Of a DNA stretch of 64,000 nt, positions 31,672-41,387 are shown piece after piece. A program made the position numbers and the translations under genes. The notes below the pieces were generated by a model. That model made no database searches. It worked only from the letters and a program-made list of their open reading frames with translations, and had not been told where the DNA came from. Source of the stretch: Nitrosopumilus sp. (lineage in GTDB: Archaea > Thermoproteota > Nitrososphaeria > Nitrososphaerales > Nitrosopumilaceae); the NCBI GenBank assembly GCA_965203315.1, contig OZ241857.1, forward strand, positions 1,440,001 to 1,504,000, given 5' to 3'. Positions within the stretch are counted from its first letter, which is position 1; each line of letters opens with the position of its first letter.

Positions 31672-32525
31672 AGCCATCCACGTTTGGCAAGCTCTCTCTC
31701 CCTCTTGAAGAGAAACTGTTGTACGTATCCACAGTGTGTGCCAAATCTATCTACTATTGTATTGTGTATGCTGTGATACTGTTTAGATGTGATCGTCTTT
31801 GTACATGTGATATTATAGTCTCGTTCCAAGACTCGGAGCATCCATCTGTCTATTGGAAATGCTTCTAACTTGTCTAGTGCAAATAGCATCAGACAGTCTG
31901 CAATCTTTTCTCCAACTCCTTGTATATTGCATACTAGATCTCTTGCAGTGGTATAGTCTCGTTTACGCATGTCAATCAGATCTATTGATCCATCTGCAAC
32001 ATGTCGTGCTGCATCTAGTACAAATCTACTACGGTATCCAAAACCACACTCACGTATATCTCGCTCCGATAGTGCTGCAATCTTGGCAGGCTCTGGAAAT
32101 AGCCAAAACTCTCGTCCATCAAACTCGACCGGTTTACCAAACTTTGTCACTAGATTTACTAGACATGATCGGATCTTTTGTATGCTAGAGTTCGATGAAG
32201 TGATAAATGATATCAGACACTGAAATGGATCTTGGTCCAATATTCGTAGACCTGGATACATTGCTACTGCATCAGATACTATTTTATCTCTAGTGATCTC
32301 TAGTATGATCTCTTTGATGTCGTCTCGTTGTCTAAAGAGATCATAACGTCTACCAGAGAGTGACTCGATCTCGACCGTACTGGTATTATCATCAGTATCG
32401 CTATGACTATGGTTTGTATAATAGACTTTGAGGATATCCTCTCCGTGTACGCCGTACCATGCATCATCAATCTTTTTCCAAAGAAATACCTGACCACTAT
32501 TTATCGATGCATCGATATCAATCAT
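31668..32525 (-). CDS. 8-oxoguanine DNA glycosylase (Ogg1/AlkA-like HhH-GPD)
   Basis: SGQVF.W, QDPFQCLISFI.S, GFGYR, GVGEKIADC, AFPID. Confidence 0.9.
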   Translation of the reverse strand: MIDIDASINSGQVFLWKKIDDAWYGVHGEDILKVYYTNHSHSDTDDNTSTVEIESLSGRRYDLFRQRDDIKEIILEITRDKIVSDAVAMYPGLRILDQDPFQCLISFITSSNSSIQKIRSCLVNLVTKFGKPVEFDGREFWLFPEPAKIAALSERDIRECGFGYRSRFVLDAARHVADGSIDLIDMRKRDYTTARDLVCNIQGVGEKIADCLMLFALDKLEAFPIDRWMLRVLERDYNITCTKTITSKQYHSIHNTIVDRFGTHCGYVQQFLFKRERELAKRGWL

Positions 32526-33791
32526 TCAGATCGTCACTGTCTGATCTATATGTGCTGCCTCGGCATCTAGTCCGAATCTTTCATGGATCTCTTGCGCAAA
32601 TATATTGCACGAGTCTTCATCGCCGTGTACTGTCAAGACTTTGGGGTCTCCGCGTATCTTTGATATCATCTCAAAGAGCTCGTCTCGGTCTGCGTGGCCG
32701 GAGAACTCGAACTGTCTGACCTGCGCTTGAACGTTAATCTCTCTTCCTCGTGTAGATACCTTACCTGTATCGAGCAGTCTCTTGCCAGGTGTACCTTCCC
32801 CTTGATACGATACTAGCGCAATTCCATTCTTGCTATCAAAAGCCAACTCTTGTAAATAGTATACAGCGTTTCCGCCAACCAACATTCCTGCAGGAGATAT
32901 AACAACACAAGGTTCATCGATGGCTCGCATTCTCTCTGCGTGACTCTTTATGGATACAGAGTCGTGTATCGCGTCAGTAAAGACGTCTGGATCCCGTAGA
33001 TACTCGGGATGTCTAGCTAGTATCTCGTTTACCTTTAATGCCATTCCGTCCATTAAGACTCTATGCTTAAAGTTTGCATTATGCAGTACACAAGCTATAT
33101 TCTGTGATCGCTCAACCGAGAATGATGGAATGAACAACACACCTCTTCTATCCATTACCTCGTTTGCGAAATCTATCAGATCTTGCTCCGACTGTGTACG
33201 AGGAGTCTGACTAGTCTGAGAGTATGTACTCTCTGTAATCAGTAGATCAATATCACCAATATCCAAATCTGCCGCTCGAACCATTCTAGAACCATTCGTC
33301 TTGATATCTCCTGTATAGAAGAGTCGTTTACCTTCTGACTCTACTAGAACAGTACTGCCACCAACTACATGACCTGACTCTCGTAACTCGAATGTTGCGT
33401 CACCCTTTGTGACCTGCTGCTTAAAACCAATGCCTCTTGTATTTCTCAACATGTTGTCGAGTTCGGGTATGTCGAATGGATACTGATCTCTTGCTATCTT
33501 TAACATGTCTTCTATGAGCAGTTCGCTGAGATCTATGGTAGGCGGTGTTGCATACACGTCTGTACCTCCACTAACAAACAGTGATGGGACAAATGCCGAG
33601 TGATCTAGATGTGCATGCGTTATGATTATGCCATCGATCTCTCTTGGTTTTACATGTAAGGGATACTCTGGTGGCACACCGCGTCGCCCAGGTTTTATTC
33701 CATAATCTAACAAAAGATTGGTTCTCCCACAACCTACTAGAAATCCAGATCTGCCAACCTCTCCGGCAGCTCCCAAGACTCGCACATTCAA
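32526..33791 (-). CDS. MBL-fold beta-CASP ribonuclease (archaeal CPSF-like)
   Basis: LGAAGEVGRS, THAHLDH, SGHVVG, YTGD, ESTY, FSGHAD, VHGD. TTG start at 33791 chosen. Confidence 0.92.
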   Translation of the reverse strand: MNVRVLGAAGEVGRSGFLVGCGRTNLLLDYGIKPGRRGVPPEYPLHVKPREIDGIIITHAHLDHSAFVPSLFVSGGTDVYATPPTIDLSELLIEDMLKIARDQYPFDIPELDNMLRNTRGIGFKQQVTKGDATFELRESGHVVGGSTVLVESEGKRLFYTGDIKTNGSRMVRAADLDIGDIDLLITESTYSQTSQTPRTQSEQDLIDFANEVMDRRGVLFIPSFSVERSQNIACVLHNANFKHRVLMDGMALKVNEILARHPEYLRDPDVFTDAIHDSVSIKSHAERMRAIDEPCVVISPAGMLVGGNAVYYLQELAFDSKNGIALVSYQGEGTPGKRLLDTGKVSTRGREINVQAQVRQFEFSGHADRDELFEMISKIRGDPKVLTVHGDEDSCNIFAQEIHERFGLDAEAAHIDQTVTI

Positions 33792-33895
33792 GGATCTTGT
33801 TGATATGTGGTCTATCTTAAAACCTTCGCAAAGAATTCTAGAGATCTCGACAACTTTCAAAAGCTTTAATTAATGTAAGCTAATGTTTTAAGCAC

Positions 33896-34108
33896 ATGGG
33901 AAGAAGCTTCCAAGACTGGTTAGGACAGCAAGATCAAGCTCTAGTCTCTAAAGTACGTGCTGGCGATGAGGCAAACAAACCTCTCCTAAACCAAATTAAC
34001 TGGATTTGGGTTAACAATCTGATGAATCAGAAGGCAGACCTAAATCCTTCTTCTGCAGAGTTACTCGATTGGGTTACCTCTGGTCAAATAGATGCAATGA
34101 GAAAGTAA
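33896..34108 (+). CDS. Small hypothetical protein
   Basis: 70-aa ORF with upstream TTTAATTAA box and a downstream hairpin plus T-tract. Confidence 0.75.
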   Translation: MGRSFQDWLGQQDQALVSKVRAGDEANKPLLNQINWIWVNNLMNQKADLNPSSAELLDWVTSGQIDAMRK

Positions 34109-34139
34109 ACGTGACAATCACGTTATCTTTTTGTTTTTT
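34108..34139 (+). terminator. Hairpin AACGTGA-CAA-TCACGTT followed by a T-rich tract
   Basis: 7-bp perfect stem immediately after the stop codon, then TCTTTTTGTTTTTT. Confidence 0.45.
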
Positions 34140-34247
34140 AGATCACTCGTAGACGCTAGTCTGTACTCTACAGGTACACTGCGATCATAACGGAGTTATG
34201 AATTTCAATCATAGTTTAAATAGTTAAAGTAGACTCTACTCTTTGTA

Positions 34248-34550
34248 ATGCCAATAGCAATACTTCCAGATGTCGATGAACAGAGATGTATCGGCTGTGC
34301 ACTATGTGTAGAGATTTGTACATCACTTGGTCCTGACGTCTTGAGAGTGAAACCAGTCGAAGGCTGGAAGAGAGGTAAAGCATTTGTCTTTTATCCAGAG
34401 CGTTGTATCTCTGATGGTGCATGCATCGGTGTATGCCCAACAAAGTCGATCTTTTGGATGAGACCAATGAACTATACCGCTGGACAACCAGTACCTCTTC
34501 ACCAGAATGGTGTCTTCGTTAAAGGCTGGGCAGAAGACGCAGCTCTATAG
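34248..34550 (+). CDS. 4Fe-4S dicluster ferredoxin
   Basis: CIGCALCVEIC and CISDGACIGVCP. Confidence 0.93.
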   Translation: MPIAILPDVDEQRCIGCALCVEICTSLGPDVLRVKPVEGWKRGKAFVFYPERCISDGACIGVCPTKSIFWMRPMNYTAGQPVPLHQNGVFVKGWAEDAAL

Positions 34551-34560
34551 GCTGGTCTTG

Positions 34561-36057
34561 TTACATCTTTTTTTCTTTTAAATCATATTTTGTAATGTCT
34601 AGCTGTTTGGTATAGTATGATAGAAACACGTCGTCTAGATCATAATGTATCTCTACAAAGTTGTTGTTTGTAAAGAATATCTTCCATGTATCTGCAAACA
34701 TTACAAACTTGGTAGGATCGTATGATCCTCTGACTGCTTCGTGATGTGCAGCTGGATAGATATCGGATATCTCTATGGGTATGACTCCTAAATGTGGACT
34801 ATACTGACATATCTGGTACGACTCAAAGTCATCGAGTCTCTTGAGCCTATTGTATCTGCTAGATAGATAGCCAGGCTTTGTGTTGTATATTGGTGTGATG
34901 ATCAATCTCTGCTTTTTGGTCTTGAATCTACGTACAATCTCGTGAAATCTACGTACCTCTGGTCTGAACTGATCGATATCGTCGTATAGAAAGATCGCTC
35001 TCGGTTTGAATTTTGGAGTATTGTCGAATTTTTGGTTTATGATCGTATCAATGATCTCGTATAGTCGTGGATGGGCTCTAGACTTTTGTATCACATACTC
35101 CCAGAGCCTTCCCTCCCAGATTGCTTGTACAACTCGATCTACTTCGAGTTTTATTGTGTATAGATTATGACGTGCAATCAGATCGATCTTGTCATCTGAC
35201 TGTCTGATCTCATCTGGTGTATACGATGTACATATCTTGCAATTGCATGGAAATGTGACGATATCATCTAGATCTCGAGTACCGTCATTTGTGATGTATC
35301 TGTTCTGTCTTGCATACAAGATGTATGATGCAGAGTCAAATGTATCACACCCTAGCGCAACAGCAAATGGAATAGTCAAAGGATGACCTGCACCAAACAG
35401 ATGTAGTGGAACAGACTCGGGCATCTGACTCTTTGCAGATATAATCATCTGTGCCAAGAGCCGATACTCGTACGACTCCATAAACTCGACCGGACTACCC
35501 AGCGCCAACATTTTAAATCCTGCCTTGAGTAGCCCTCTAGTGGATCGTACTACTAGTTCCGAATGTTCTCCACCTTGAATTGGACCTATCCATATCTGAC
35601 CATTGTCTCTACTAGAATCTAGTGTACTCTTTGATACTTTGAGAGTATGATTGACGTATCTTGTTGCACTCTGCTTTGACATACCAAACCCAGTCGGCTT
35701 GTCGAGCGGTATTGCAAAGTCTGTCATTATCTGTTGTTCAAAGTTGGACATATCTTGAGGAGTTACATCTAGATCACCATACTCTAAAACTTGGTAACCA
35801 CCCGAGTCTGTCATTACAGAACCATCATAGTTTATGATATCGTGTATTGATCGTTGTGTATCACTACCATAGTTTTTCCTTGTGAGGTATGCGTTTGTTA
35901 TTACTAGATCAAAACCCATCTCTTCAAGTTCTGTTGCAGGGATGGTCTGCTTTATTGGATGAATTACAGGTACATATGCTGGAGTAGCTACCTTGCCATG
36001 GTTTGTATGTATTGTACCTATTCTAGCCGCAAGGTCACTCTTTATTATCTCGAACAA
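34561..36057 (-). CDS. tgtA: tRNA-guanine(15) transglycosylase (archaeosine)
   Basis: TDSGGYQ, PIQGG, HLFGAGHP, GCDTFDSASY, CNCKIC. Confidence 0.95.
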   Translation of the reverse strand: MFEIIKSDLAARIGTIHTNHGKVATPAYVPVIHPIKQTIPATELEEMGFDLVITNAYLTRKNYGSDTQRSIHDIINYDGSVMTDSGGYQVLEYGDLDVTPQDMSNFEQQIMTDFAIPLDKPTGFGMSKQSATRYVNHTLKVSKSTLDSSRDNGQIWIGPIQGGEHSELVVRSTRGLLKAGFKMLALGSPVEFMESYEYRLLAQMIISAKSQMPESVPLHLFGAGHPLTIPFAVALGCDTFDSASYILYARQNRYITNDGTRDLDDIVTFPCNCKICTSYTPDEIRQSDDKIDLIARHNLYTIKLEVDRVVQAIWEGRLWEYVIQKSRAHPRLYEIIDTIINQKFDNTPKFKPRAIFLYDDIDQFRPEVRRFHEIVRRFKTKKQRLIITPIYNTKPGYLSSRYNRLKRLDDFESYQICQYSPHLGVIPIEISDIYPAAHHEAVRGSYDPTKFVMFADTWKIFFTNNNFVEIHYDLDDVFLSYYTKQLDITKYDLKEKKM

Positions 36058-36091
36058 TCAACTATACAGATGTCTAGTAATATATCAACCA

Positions 36092-36634
36092 TCAATCACC
36101 AAAGATTCTTCTTATATCGTGTTTGTCTTCAACCAAACTCAACCAATCGACATCGATATTGCTGTATATATCATCAGTAATTACAGATGATATCATACAT
36201 ACAGACTCGTCTACAGTCTTTTTACTGACATCTATCTCTACTGCTCTCTCTTGAAATTTGACTATAGTATCAAATGCTATTATTGCTAGTATCTCACTTG
36301 CCATATTCTCAAAAGTCTTTGATTTAGAGTATCCTCTTTGATTGTATATCGTTTCTAGCTCGTATGGATTTCGTCGTAGAATTATAATTCTAGTAACTAT
36401 ATCAACATCCAAGACATACGGTGCTAAATGTCCAATAACTAGAGACCTAGATGTCAGATTTGGTCTCAATATGTCCCCAAGTACGTCGGTATCAATATCG
36501 TTTGTTGTATCATTTACTAGACCATTTGATTTTGCTACCTCGTTGATATCTATTATGTCTAGTTTCATATCTTGTGATATCTGTTTGCCAATAGTATGTT
36601 TACCAACACCTGGCGTTCCCGTAATAACCAACAT
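36092..36634 (-). CDS. Adenylate kinase 6/Fap7-like NMP kinase
   Basis: ITGTPGVGK, GHLA, RGY...K..EN..SE. Confidence 0.88.
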   Translation of the reverse strand: MLVITGTPGVGKHTIGKQISQDMKLDIIDINEVAKSNGLVNDTTNDIDTDVLGDILRPNLTSRSLVIGHLAPYVLDVDIVTRIIILRRNPYELETIYNQRGYSKSKTFENMASEILAIIAFDTIVKFQERAVEIDVSKKTVDESVCMISSVITDDIYSNIDVDWLSLVEDKHDIRRIFGD

Positions 36635-36640
36635 TTAATC

Positions 36641-37066
36641 TCACCACCAAATTTCCTTAAACATTTGAATATTCCATATCTTCACTAGTCTGTCTCTTGT
36701 TACGACTTTACACTTGATCATTGTTGTATTATTTACAAATCGTTTGGACTTGTAGAATATATCTCGCATATTTGATATATTTGATATGTTTGGTATGTTT
36801 AGTATATTTGATATATTTGATATATTTGATGCAATTTTATCTCTAAATTTAGAGCAAACTCTTCTTTCAAACAAAACATGATCAACTATCTCGGTTATCG
36901 GGTTTATTCGTTTAAAATGATCTGGCTTTGATATCATGCTGTAGATCATATCTCTCTCTGATTCATTCTGTTCATATGTACTATTCTTACCATCTATCTC
37001 TATAAACATGGTACACTTGTAAAATCTACTCTTGTCAGTTAGAGTTTTAGCATCCAATATTCTCAT
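36641..37066 (-). CDS. Hypothetical protein with an (I-S/L/P-N)n tripeptide repeat
   Basis: 141-aa ORF ending 6 bp before the kinase start; 9-bp tandem repeat. Confidence 0.5.
   Translation of the reverse strand: MRILDAKTLTDKSRFYKCTMFIEIDGKNSTYEQNESERDMIYSMISKPDHFKRINPITEIVDHVLFERRVCSKFRDKIASNISNISNILNIPNISNISNMRDIFYKSKRFVNNTTMIKCKVVTRDRLVKIWNIQMFKEIWW
36768..36830. repeat. 9-bp degenerate tandem repeat (ATTTGATAT-like, about 7 units)
   Basis: tttgatata tttgatatg tttggtatg tttagtata tttgatata tttgatata tttgat. Confidence 0.8.
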
Positions 37067-37279
37067 TCTATACTTTTGTTATGCTTGAGTATTTAAAGAA
37101 ACCTTGCGTCGTTTGTTATCTTGCAGCCCAACACGCGCTTGGGTTTTAACGGCTCTGATTGATAATCATTTTGACGAGTTAATAGTTTGAGATTTGTAAA
37201 GACAGAGCAGATGCCAAAGATATGTCTTATGCCTATTAAACAAACATATCTTTTTAAGGCTACTTGTTCATATATATAC

Positions 37280-37756
37280 ATGGATAAACAGTCTGTCGAT
37301 TTAGGATTCGTGCTCAAACAGTTTCCTAAATTCAATTTCTCAATGGACGACTTTGATGGTAGACTACGTCTACAAAAATTCATCTATCTGCTACAGACCT
37401 TTGACATTTATCTAGGCTATGATTATTCGTGGTACCTGCGAGGTCCATATTGCACCAATTTAGCTGCATGTGGTTTTGAATTAGAGAAAGCATACCATCG
37501 AATTCCTGATGGTGAGAAGATGAAGTTTAGAGATGGTCGAATACAGAAAAAATTTGAAAAGTTTATTAAATTTATATCAGGTCACGAAGATGATATTGAT
37601 TTTTTAGAGATTGCCGCATCTCTTCATTTTCAAAAACAGATATCAGAATTGAGTGACGATGAGATTATTGAAAAAGTTGCGAATAAACGATACAAATTTA
37701 CAAAAGAAAGTTGTATCAAAATTTGGGAGGAGATGAAGCGATGGAATCTAATATGA
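37280..37756 (+). CDS. YwgA/SocA-like (DUF4065-related) protein
   Basis: RLRLQKFIYLLQ...GYDYSWYLRGPY...LA and LEIAASLHF. Confidence 0.72.
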   Translation: MDKQSVDLGFVLKQFPKFNFSMDDFDGRLRLQKFIYLLQTFDIYLGYDYSWYLRGPYCTNLAACGFELEKAYHRIPDGEKMKFRDGRIQKKFEKFIKFISGHEDDIDFLEIAASLHFQKQISELSDDEIIEKVANKRYKFTKESCIKIWEEMKRWNLI

Positions 37757-37983
37757 AATCAATACAGCTTAAAGTACTTGACAAACTACATCCAGATCTA
37801 GACATGAGAACTTATGATAAAGCATTCTATTATCTGTTATTAGATACAAAAGATAACGATCTTACTCTTGTTGGCAAGAATATATTTAGAAAAGATCAAA
37901 AAATGCCATACATTGATGAGATATATGCAAATCACCAACTTACTGTAAAACTTTTAGAAGAAAATTATAATGATGATTCTTGA
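37753..37983 (+). CDS. Small hypothetical protein
   Basis: ATG overlaps the upstream stop; 3' end overlaps the next gene. Confidence 0.5.
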   Translation: MKSIQLKVLDKLHPDLDMRTYDKAFYYLLLDTKDNDLTLVGKNIFRKDQKMPYIDEIYANHQLTVKLLEENYNDDS

Positions 37984-38467
37984 AATAATATTTGAACTAG
38001 TACTGGAAAATTCAAACTTTCTCACTGAAAACGTCATACGGGGAGCAGTATTCGGTTTCGTAGCTATTCTTGTGTATAAACTTACTAAATATTGGGACAC
38101 AAGAGGCTTACGGTTTAGATTAACAAATACACTAATCTTAGAGATTGAGGATATTATAGAGAGTATAACATCTCAAAATCAAAGTTGCTTATTTAGATCT
38201 AGATATCAAAGTAGTTTATCTAGATCCAGATCTCGTCATAAGCGTCTGCCTACTGCCTATGGTGATATCTATGAAGGACTGATGAGTTCTGGTAATATAT
38301 CCAACTTTGATGTAAATGTACAAAAGAGTTTACGGTTTTTCTACACACATGCGAAAGGCAGTAATAATGATACGATAAACATCGCATTATCAACACTTGA
38401 AATTGTTAAAGAGATTAGACACAAAAATCGACCCATCTCTCACAAAATCAAGAGACAGAGATATTGA
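37970..38467 (+). CDS. Hypothetical membrane-anchored protein
   Basis: TM segment GAVFGFVAILVY; LILEIEDII and IYEGLMSSGNISNF...LRFFY pattern. Confidence 0.6.
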   Translation: MMILEIIFELVLENSNFLTENVIRGAVFGFVAILVYKLTKYWDTRGLRFRLTNTLILEIEDIIESITSQNQSCLFRSRYQSSLSRSRSRHKRLPTAYGDIYEGLMSSGNISNFDVNVQKSLRFFYTHAKGSNNDTINIALSTLEIVKEIRHKNRPISHKIKRQRY

Positions 38468-38539
38468 GTATTTAACATATTGACGGATTGCATCGATATA
38501 TGATGTAATACTAATAAGTAGAATACACATGTTTTATGT

Positions 38540-39721
38540 ATGCAGATAGGTCTGTTGGGCAAAGCAAATGTTGGCAAATCTACATTCTTTTCAGCTGCAA
38601 CTCTAACGTCTGTGGCAGTTGGAAACTTTCCATTCACAACAATAAAACCCAATGTCGGTGTAGCATATGTGACAACTAGATGTGCATGTACACACTTTAA
38701 CATCAAACACGAGAATAATAACTGCATTGATGGCACTAGATTAATTCCCATAAAACTGATAGATGTAGCTGGTCTAGTTCCCGGTGCTCATGAAGGCAAA
38801 GGTCTAGGCAATCAGTTTCTCGATGATGCAAGACAAGCAATGGCTTTGATCCATGTAGTGGATATTGCAGGTACAACCGACATTCAAGGACAACCTGTTC
38901 CTGCGGGTACACATAATCCACTTCAGGATATCAAGTTTGTTCAAGACGAGTTTGATCAGTGGTTTACAAATATTCTCAAGAGAGATTGGGACAAGATAAT
39001 ACGCGAAGTAGATCAAAAGCGTATAAAGCTGACCGAAGGTATTGCAAGAAGATTTACAGGACTAGGTGTGGTTGACTTTGATGTTCATAATACATTACAT
39101 AAACTGAATTTAACACCCAAGAATCCAAAAGAGTGGGATGACTCTGACTTGTGCAAATTTGCCCACACATTAAGACAAGAGACCAAACCAATGCTAGTTG
39201 CAGCAAACAAAGCAGATCTATGTAACGATCTTGCAATTATGAACAAAATACCAAATGGAGTATTGTGCAGCGCAGAGACTGAACTGTTGTTGCGCAAGGC
39301 TGCAAAAGCTAACATCATATCATACATGTCTGGTGATGATACTTTTACAGATATACAAGATGAGATATCTCCTCCACAACAGAGAGCACTAGATATTGCA
39401 CGGTCTGTACTCTCAAAGATCAAAACGACCGGCATACAACAGATCTTAAACTCGACAGTATTTGATCTACTGGGACTAGTGGTTGTATATCCTGTAGAGG
39501 ATGAGACCAAACTTACCAACAAAGATGGCGATGTATTGCCTGATGCTCAACTTGTACCGCTAGGTACTACTGCAAGAGATGTGGCAGGAATAGTTCATGC
39601 CGATCTAGCAAAGGGATTTTTACATGCCATTGACTGCAAGACTCATCAGAGAATAGGGTCTGATCACAAAGTCAAAGACGGTGATGTGATCAAGATCGTT
39701 TCAACACAGAGTAGGGGCTAG
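38540..39721 (+). CDS. ychF: YchF-like Obg-family ATPase/GTPase
   Basis: GKANVGKST, NFPFTTI.PN, DVAGLVPGA..GKGLGNQFL, NKAD, TGS domain. Confidence 0.93.
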   Translation: MQIGLLGKANVGKSTFFSAATLTSVAVGNFPFTTIKPNVGVAYVTTRCACTHFNIKHENNNCIDGTRLIPIKLIDVAGLVPGAHEGKGLGNQFLDDARQAMALIHVVDIAGTTDIQGQPVPAGTHNPLQDIKFVQDEFDQWFTNILKRDWDKIIREVDQKRIKLTEGIARRFTGLGVVDFDVHNTLHKLNLTPKNPKEWDDSDLCKFAHTLRQETKPMLVAANKADLCNDLAIMNKIPNGVLCSAETELLLRKAAKANIISYMSGDDTFTDIQDEISPPQQRALDIARSVLSKIKTTGIQQILNSTVFDLLGLVVVYPVEDETKLTNKDGDVLPDAQLVPLGTTARDVAGIVHADLAKGFLHAIDCKTHQRIGSDHKVKDGDVIKIVSTQSRG

Positions 39722-39722
39722 T

Positions 39723-40706
39723 ATGCTAGGTCTAGGTATAGAGAGCACAGCTCATACATTCTCGTGTGCTATAATGGAAAAGAAGGGAGCACGTGGCAAG
39801 ATACTTGCAGATGTACGGAGTATATTTCGACCAGCTGATGGTCAAGGAATTCATCCTAGAGAGGCGTCTCGCCACCATGTCGAGTCCAGCCCAAATGTAC
39901 TTGCAGAGTGTCTAGAATCTGCAGACGTATCTATCTCTGATATAGATATCATATCATATGCTGCAGGTCCAGGACTTGGACCATGCCTGCGCGTTGGTGC
40001 AGTAGTTGCAAGATCACTTGCGGCATTTTACAAGATTCCGATATATCCAGTAAATCATGCACTGGGCCACATCGAGTTAGGAAAACTATTGACAGATGCA
40101 CGAGATCCATTGGTACTATTAGTATCTGGTGGACACACGATGTTACTTGCATTTCTTGATAGACAGTGGCGAGTATTTGGAGAGACCCTAGATATAACAT
40201 TGGGCCAATTACTAGATCAGTTTGGTCGTTCACTGGGGTTTGCATCTCCGTGCGGAAGAGATATCGAGAGATTGGCAGCAACCTCTACAAAATTTGTTAC
40301 TTTACCATATTCTGTCAAAGGAAATGACGTCTCTTTTTCTGGTCTACTCTCCGCTACAAAACGTATAGCAAAACAAGACAAGAACTCTGCATGCTTTTCA
40401 TTACAAGAGACTGCATTTGCGATGATCGGAGAGACCGTTGAACGTGCACTTGCATTTACAGGCAAACGTGAATTGATGATAGTTGGAGGAGTTGCAGCAA
40501 ACCAGCGACTTGCTAGTATGCTCCAAGATGTATGTAAACGACATTCTAGCAGACTCTTTGTAGTACCATTAAAGTATGCAGGTGATTGTGGCAGTCAGAT
40601 ATGTTGGACAGGTCTACTAGAGTCACAAGTAAAACCAGGCACTCCTATATCTGATACATTTGTAACACAATCATGGAGACTAGACTCTGTAGTTGTATCC
40701 TACTAG
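39723..40706 (+). CDS. kae1: KEOPS t6A threonylcarbamoyltransferase
   Basis: LGIESTAHT, GIHPREA..HH, GPGLGPCL, VNHALGHIE, GETLDI, SWRLD. Confidence 0.95.
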   Translation: MLGLGIESTAHTFSCAIMEKKGARGKILADVRSIFRPADGQGIHPREASRHHVESSPNVLAECLESADVSISDIDIISYAAGPGLGPCLRVGAVVARSLAAFYKIPIYPVNHALGHIELGKLLTDARDPLVLLVSGGHTMLLAFLDRQWRVFGETLDITLGQLLDQFGRSLGFASPCGRDIERLAATSTKFVTLPYSVKGNDVSFSGLLSATKRIAKQDKNSACFSLQETAFAMIGETVERALAFTGKRELMIVGGVAANQRLASMLQDVCKRHSSRLFVVPLKYAGDCGSQICWTGLLESQVKPGTPISDTFVTQSWRLDSVVVSY

Positions 40707-40720
40707 GATCTGAATATGCC

Positions 40721-40781
40721 TTACACATTGTACACATTGTATACATTACACACATTGTACACATGACACATAATGTACATC
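40721..40781. repeat. Degenerate 9-bp tandem repeat (TACACATTG)
   Basis: tacacattg tacacattg tatacatta cacacattg tacacatga cacataatg tacat. Confidence 0.75.
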
Positions 40782-40789
40782 AGGTCTTT

Positions 40790-40999
40790 CAAGGATGCAA
40801 GCGAGAATCAGTTGATCATCAGAACATCTTTGCAAGGGGCGAGGTGTACATCAATGGAATGGAAGGATTCTGGGGCTTTGCAAAATTAAATGTGGTAAAG
40901 CATCGTGATGCGAGTTCAAAGAAATTCCTATTATATCTCAAAGAGATGGAGTGGCGATACGATAACCGAGAGTGCGATCTGTTTGATTTGCTAGTGTAA
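40790..40999 (+). pseudogene. IS1595-family transposase C-terminal fragment
   Basis: VDHQ..FARGEVYINGMEGFWGFAK...YLKEMEWRYDNR matches the IS1595 N.IEGFW...YL.E..WR.N.R signature; no N-terminus. Confidence 0.8.
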
Positions 41000-41168
41000 T
41001 ACATGTTGTGGGGAGGGGGAGGGGCTCGATATCCCTAATCGCCTTGATTTTTTATGTAATACAACTAGAGAATTTTGTGCAAGAAATTGCCAACCCCCCA
41101 AGAGAACCAATTCTATATCTCGATACTATAAAATATAAAGCAGTACTCTTATCAAAAGTTGGCTAGGA

Positions 41169-41387
41169 ATGGTCAAATATAATGTGTTTGAGTTTAAGAT
41201 TGACGGTTTATCAAAATCTGAGGTTCTAAACCAGATTGATGAACTACTTGACGGCATTATCTTGAGTCTAAAAATGCCCAGAGATACAAAAAAGAATCTA
41301 CTTGATTCTATAAAAAACACTGATCCCGATTTTTTCGATAACACCGAATCTAGAGAAAAAACACATGCTATAAAGGTACGAGGTTAG
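41169..41387 (+). CDS. Small hypothetical protein upstream of the IS66 transposase
   Basis: 72-aa ORF co-oriented with the transposase. Confidence 0.45.
   Translation: MVKYNVFEFKIDGLSKSEVLNQIDELLDGIILSLKMPRDTKKNLLDSIKNTDPDFFDNTESREKTHAIKVRG

Noticed and set aside
41010-41024. G-quadruplex motif GGGGAGGGGGAGGGG
   Set aside because: Only three G-tracts; it lies in IS debris.
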